Below are positions 63,186 through 64,000 of a stretch of DNA of 64,000 nucleotides, piece by piece. Below the pieces are notes generated by a model. It saw nothing but the letters and a program-made list of their open reading frames with translations, searched no databases and was not told the DNA's origin. The position numbers were made by a program, and so were the translations under genes. This DNA is from Candidatus Bathyarchaeota archaeon (GTDB lineage Archaea; Thermoproteota; Bathyarchaeia; Bathyarchaeales; Bathycorpusculaceae): NCBI GenBank assembly GCA_963775895.1, contig CAVZKL010000011.1:32001-96000 (forward strand), in the 5' to 3' direction. The number at the start of each line of letters is the position of its first letter. The stretch's first letter is position 1.

Positions 63186-64000
63186 CTATAACGCCTCAAC
63201 AGTCTCCTTAACCCTAACAAGTGCCTCACTAATCTTTTCTAGTGATGTCGCGTATGAAAGTCTCAAAAAGCCCTCCCCGTTTTTTCCGAATTCTGAACCT
63301 GGAACCGTAACCACTCTGGCCTTGCTTATGAGAAGTTTTGCCAGGTCCATTGAAGACATTCGCAACGATTCGACGTTGGGGAAGACATAAAATGCGCCTT
63401 TGGGCATGTGGCACTTGAAACCTGGTATCTCGTTCACTCGACTGACCATTTCCTGCCGGCGTTTGTCATATTCTCTAACCATCTTTTCAACTGAATCCTG
63501 TGGACCCGTTAATGCTGCCAGAGCGGCTTTTTGTGAGATAGAACAGGCGCAAACGTTCATGGAATGATGAACTTTTGATATGCTTTTCATCATATCCTCA
63601 CTAGCGACAATGTATCCAATTCGCCAACCTGTCATCGCGTACGCTTTAGAGAACCCGTTTATGGTTATTGTCCTCTCTTTCATGCTTGGAAGGGAACCGA
63701 CGCTGCAGTTTTCTGTTCCATCATAAGTCATCTTCTCATACAGTTCGTCGGAGACGACTATCAAATCGTGATCTTTGGCTATTTCTGAGATTGTTCTGAG
63801 CGTGTTTTTGTCTAAAACGCTTCCAGTGGGGTTGTTTGGGGAAATAAGCACTAGCAACTTCGTTTTCTTTGTGATTCTTGCTTCCAAATCCTCAGGATCT
63901 ATTATAAATTCTCTTTCTTGGCGAAGAGGGACCGTAACCATTCTCGCGCCAGCCAGTCGCAGGGCAACCTCATAGGAGGGAAAGAAGGGATCTTGCACTA
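63186..64000 (-). CDS. class I/II PLP aminotransferase (aspartate type; 5' end outside window)
   Basis: SPNNPTG, SDELYE, GFSKAYAMTGWRIG, GAFY, FLRLSYA. Confidence 0.92.
   Translation of the reverse strand, partial: VQDPFFPSYEVALRLAGARMVTVPLRQEREFIIDPEDLEARITKKTKLLVLISPNNPTGSVLDKNTLRTISEIAKDHDLIVVSDELYEKMTYDGTENCSVGSLPSMKERTITINGFSKAYAMTGWRIGYIVASEDMMKSISKVHHSMNVCACSISQKAALAALTGPQDSVEKMVREYDKRRQEMVSRVNEIPGFKCHMPKGAFYVFPNVESLRMSSMDLAKLLISKARVVTVPGSEFGKNGEGFLRLSYATSLEKISEALVRVKETVEAL

Noticed and set aside
1-64000. CRISPR array, transposase, integrase or provirus
   Set aside because: No regularly spaced repeats or mobile-element genes seen, and no duplicated tRNA 3' end noticed.

Overview
Archaeal chromosome segment, most consistent with Bathyarchaeia (inferred from gene content: archaeal pheS/trpS/map, DUF1512, stand-alone 5S rRNA, intron-containing tRNA-Trp, dnaK-dnaJ-grpE, RACo, Fwd-like genes). 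About 14 genes, including essential trpS, carry single indels, most likely assembly errors. Left part (1-24 kb): housekeeping genes plus a 4-hydroxyproline dehydratase (HypD) with its activase and a heterodimeric ABC exporter. 24.4-30.2 kb: an uncharacterised five-gene module with two paralogous AbiEii/MenT-like nucleotidyltransferases, a metallophosphoesterase, an APC permease and a membrane protein. 32.4-64 kb: a large anaerobic catabolic island made of paralogues of central enzymes (FwdAB, TfrAB, SucCD, PreA, LarA, a membrane-less group 4 [NiFe]-hydrogenase, AOR, a Mo-hydroxylase, a D-glutamate cyclase-like and an OCD-like protein), several with substituted active-site residues. Non-coding signals: alternating (GC)n tracts concentrated in intergenic spacers and gene ends, and a rearrangement scar made of two fused DHOD-family 5' ends.
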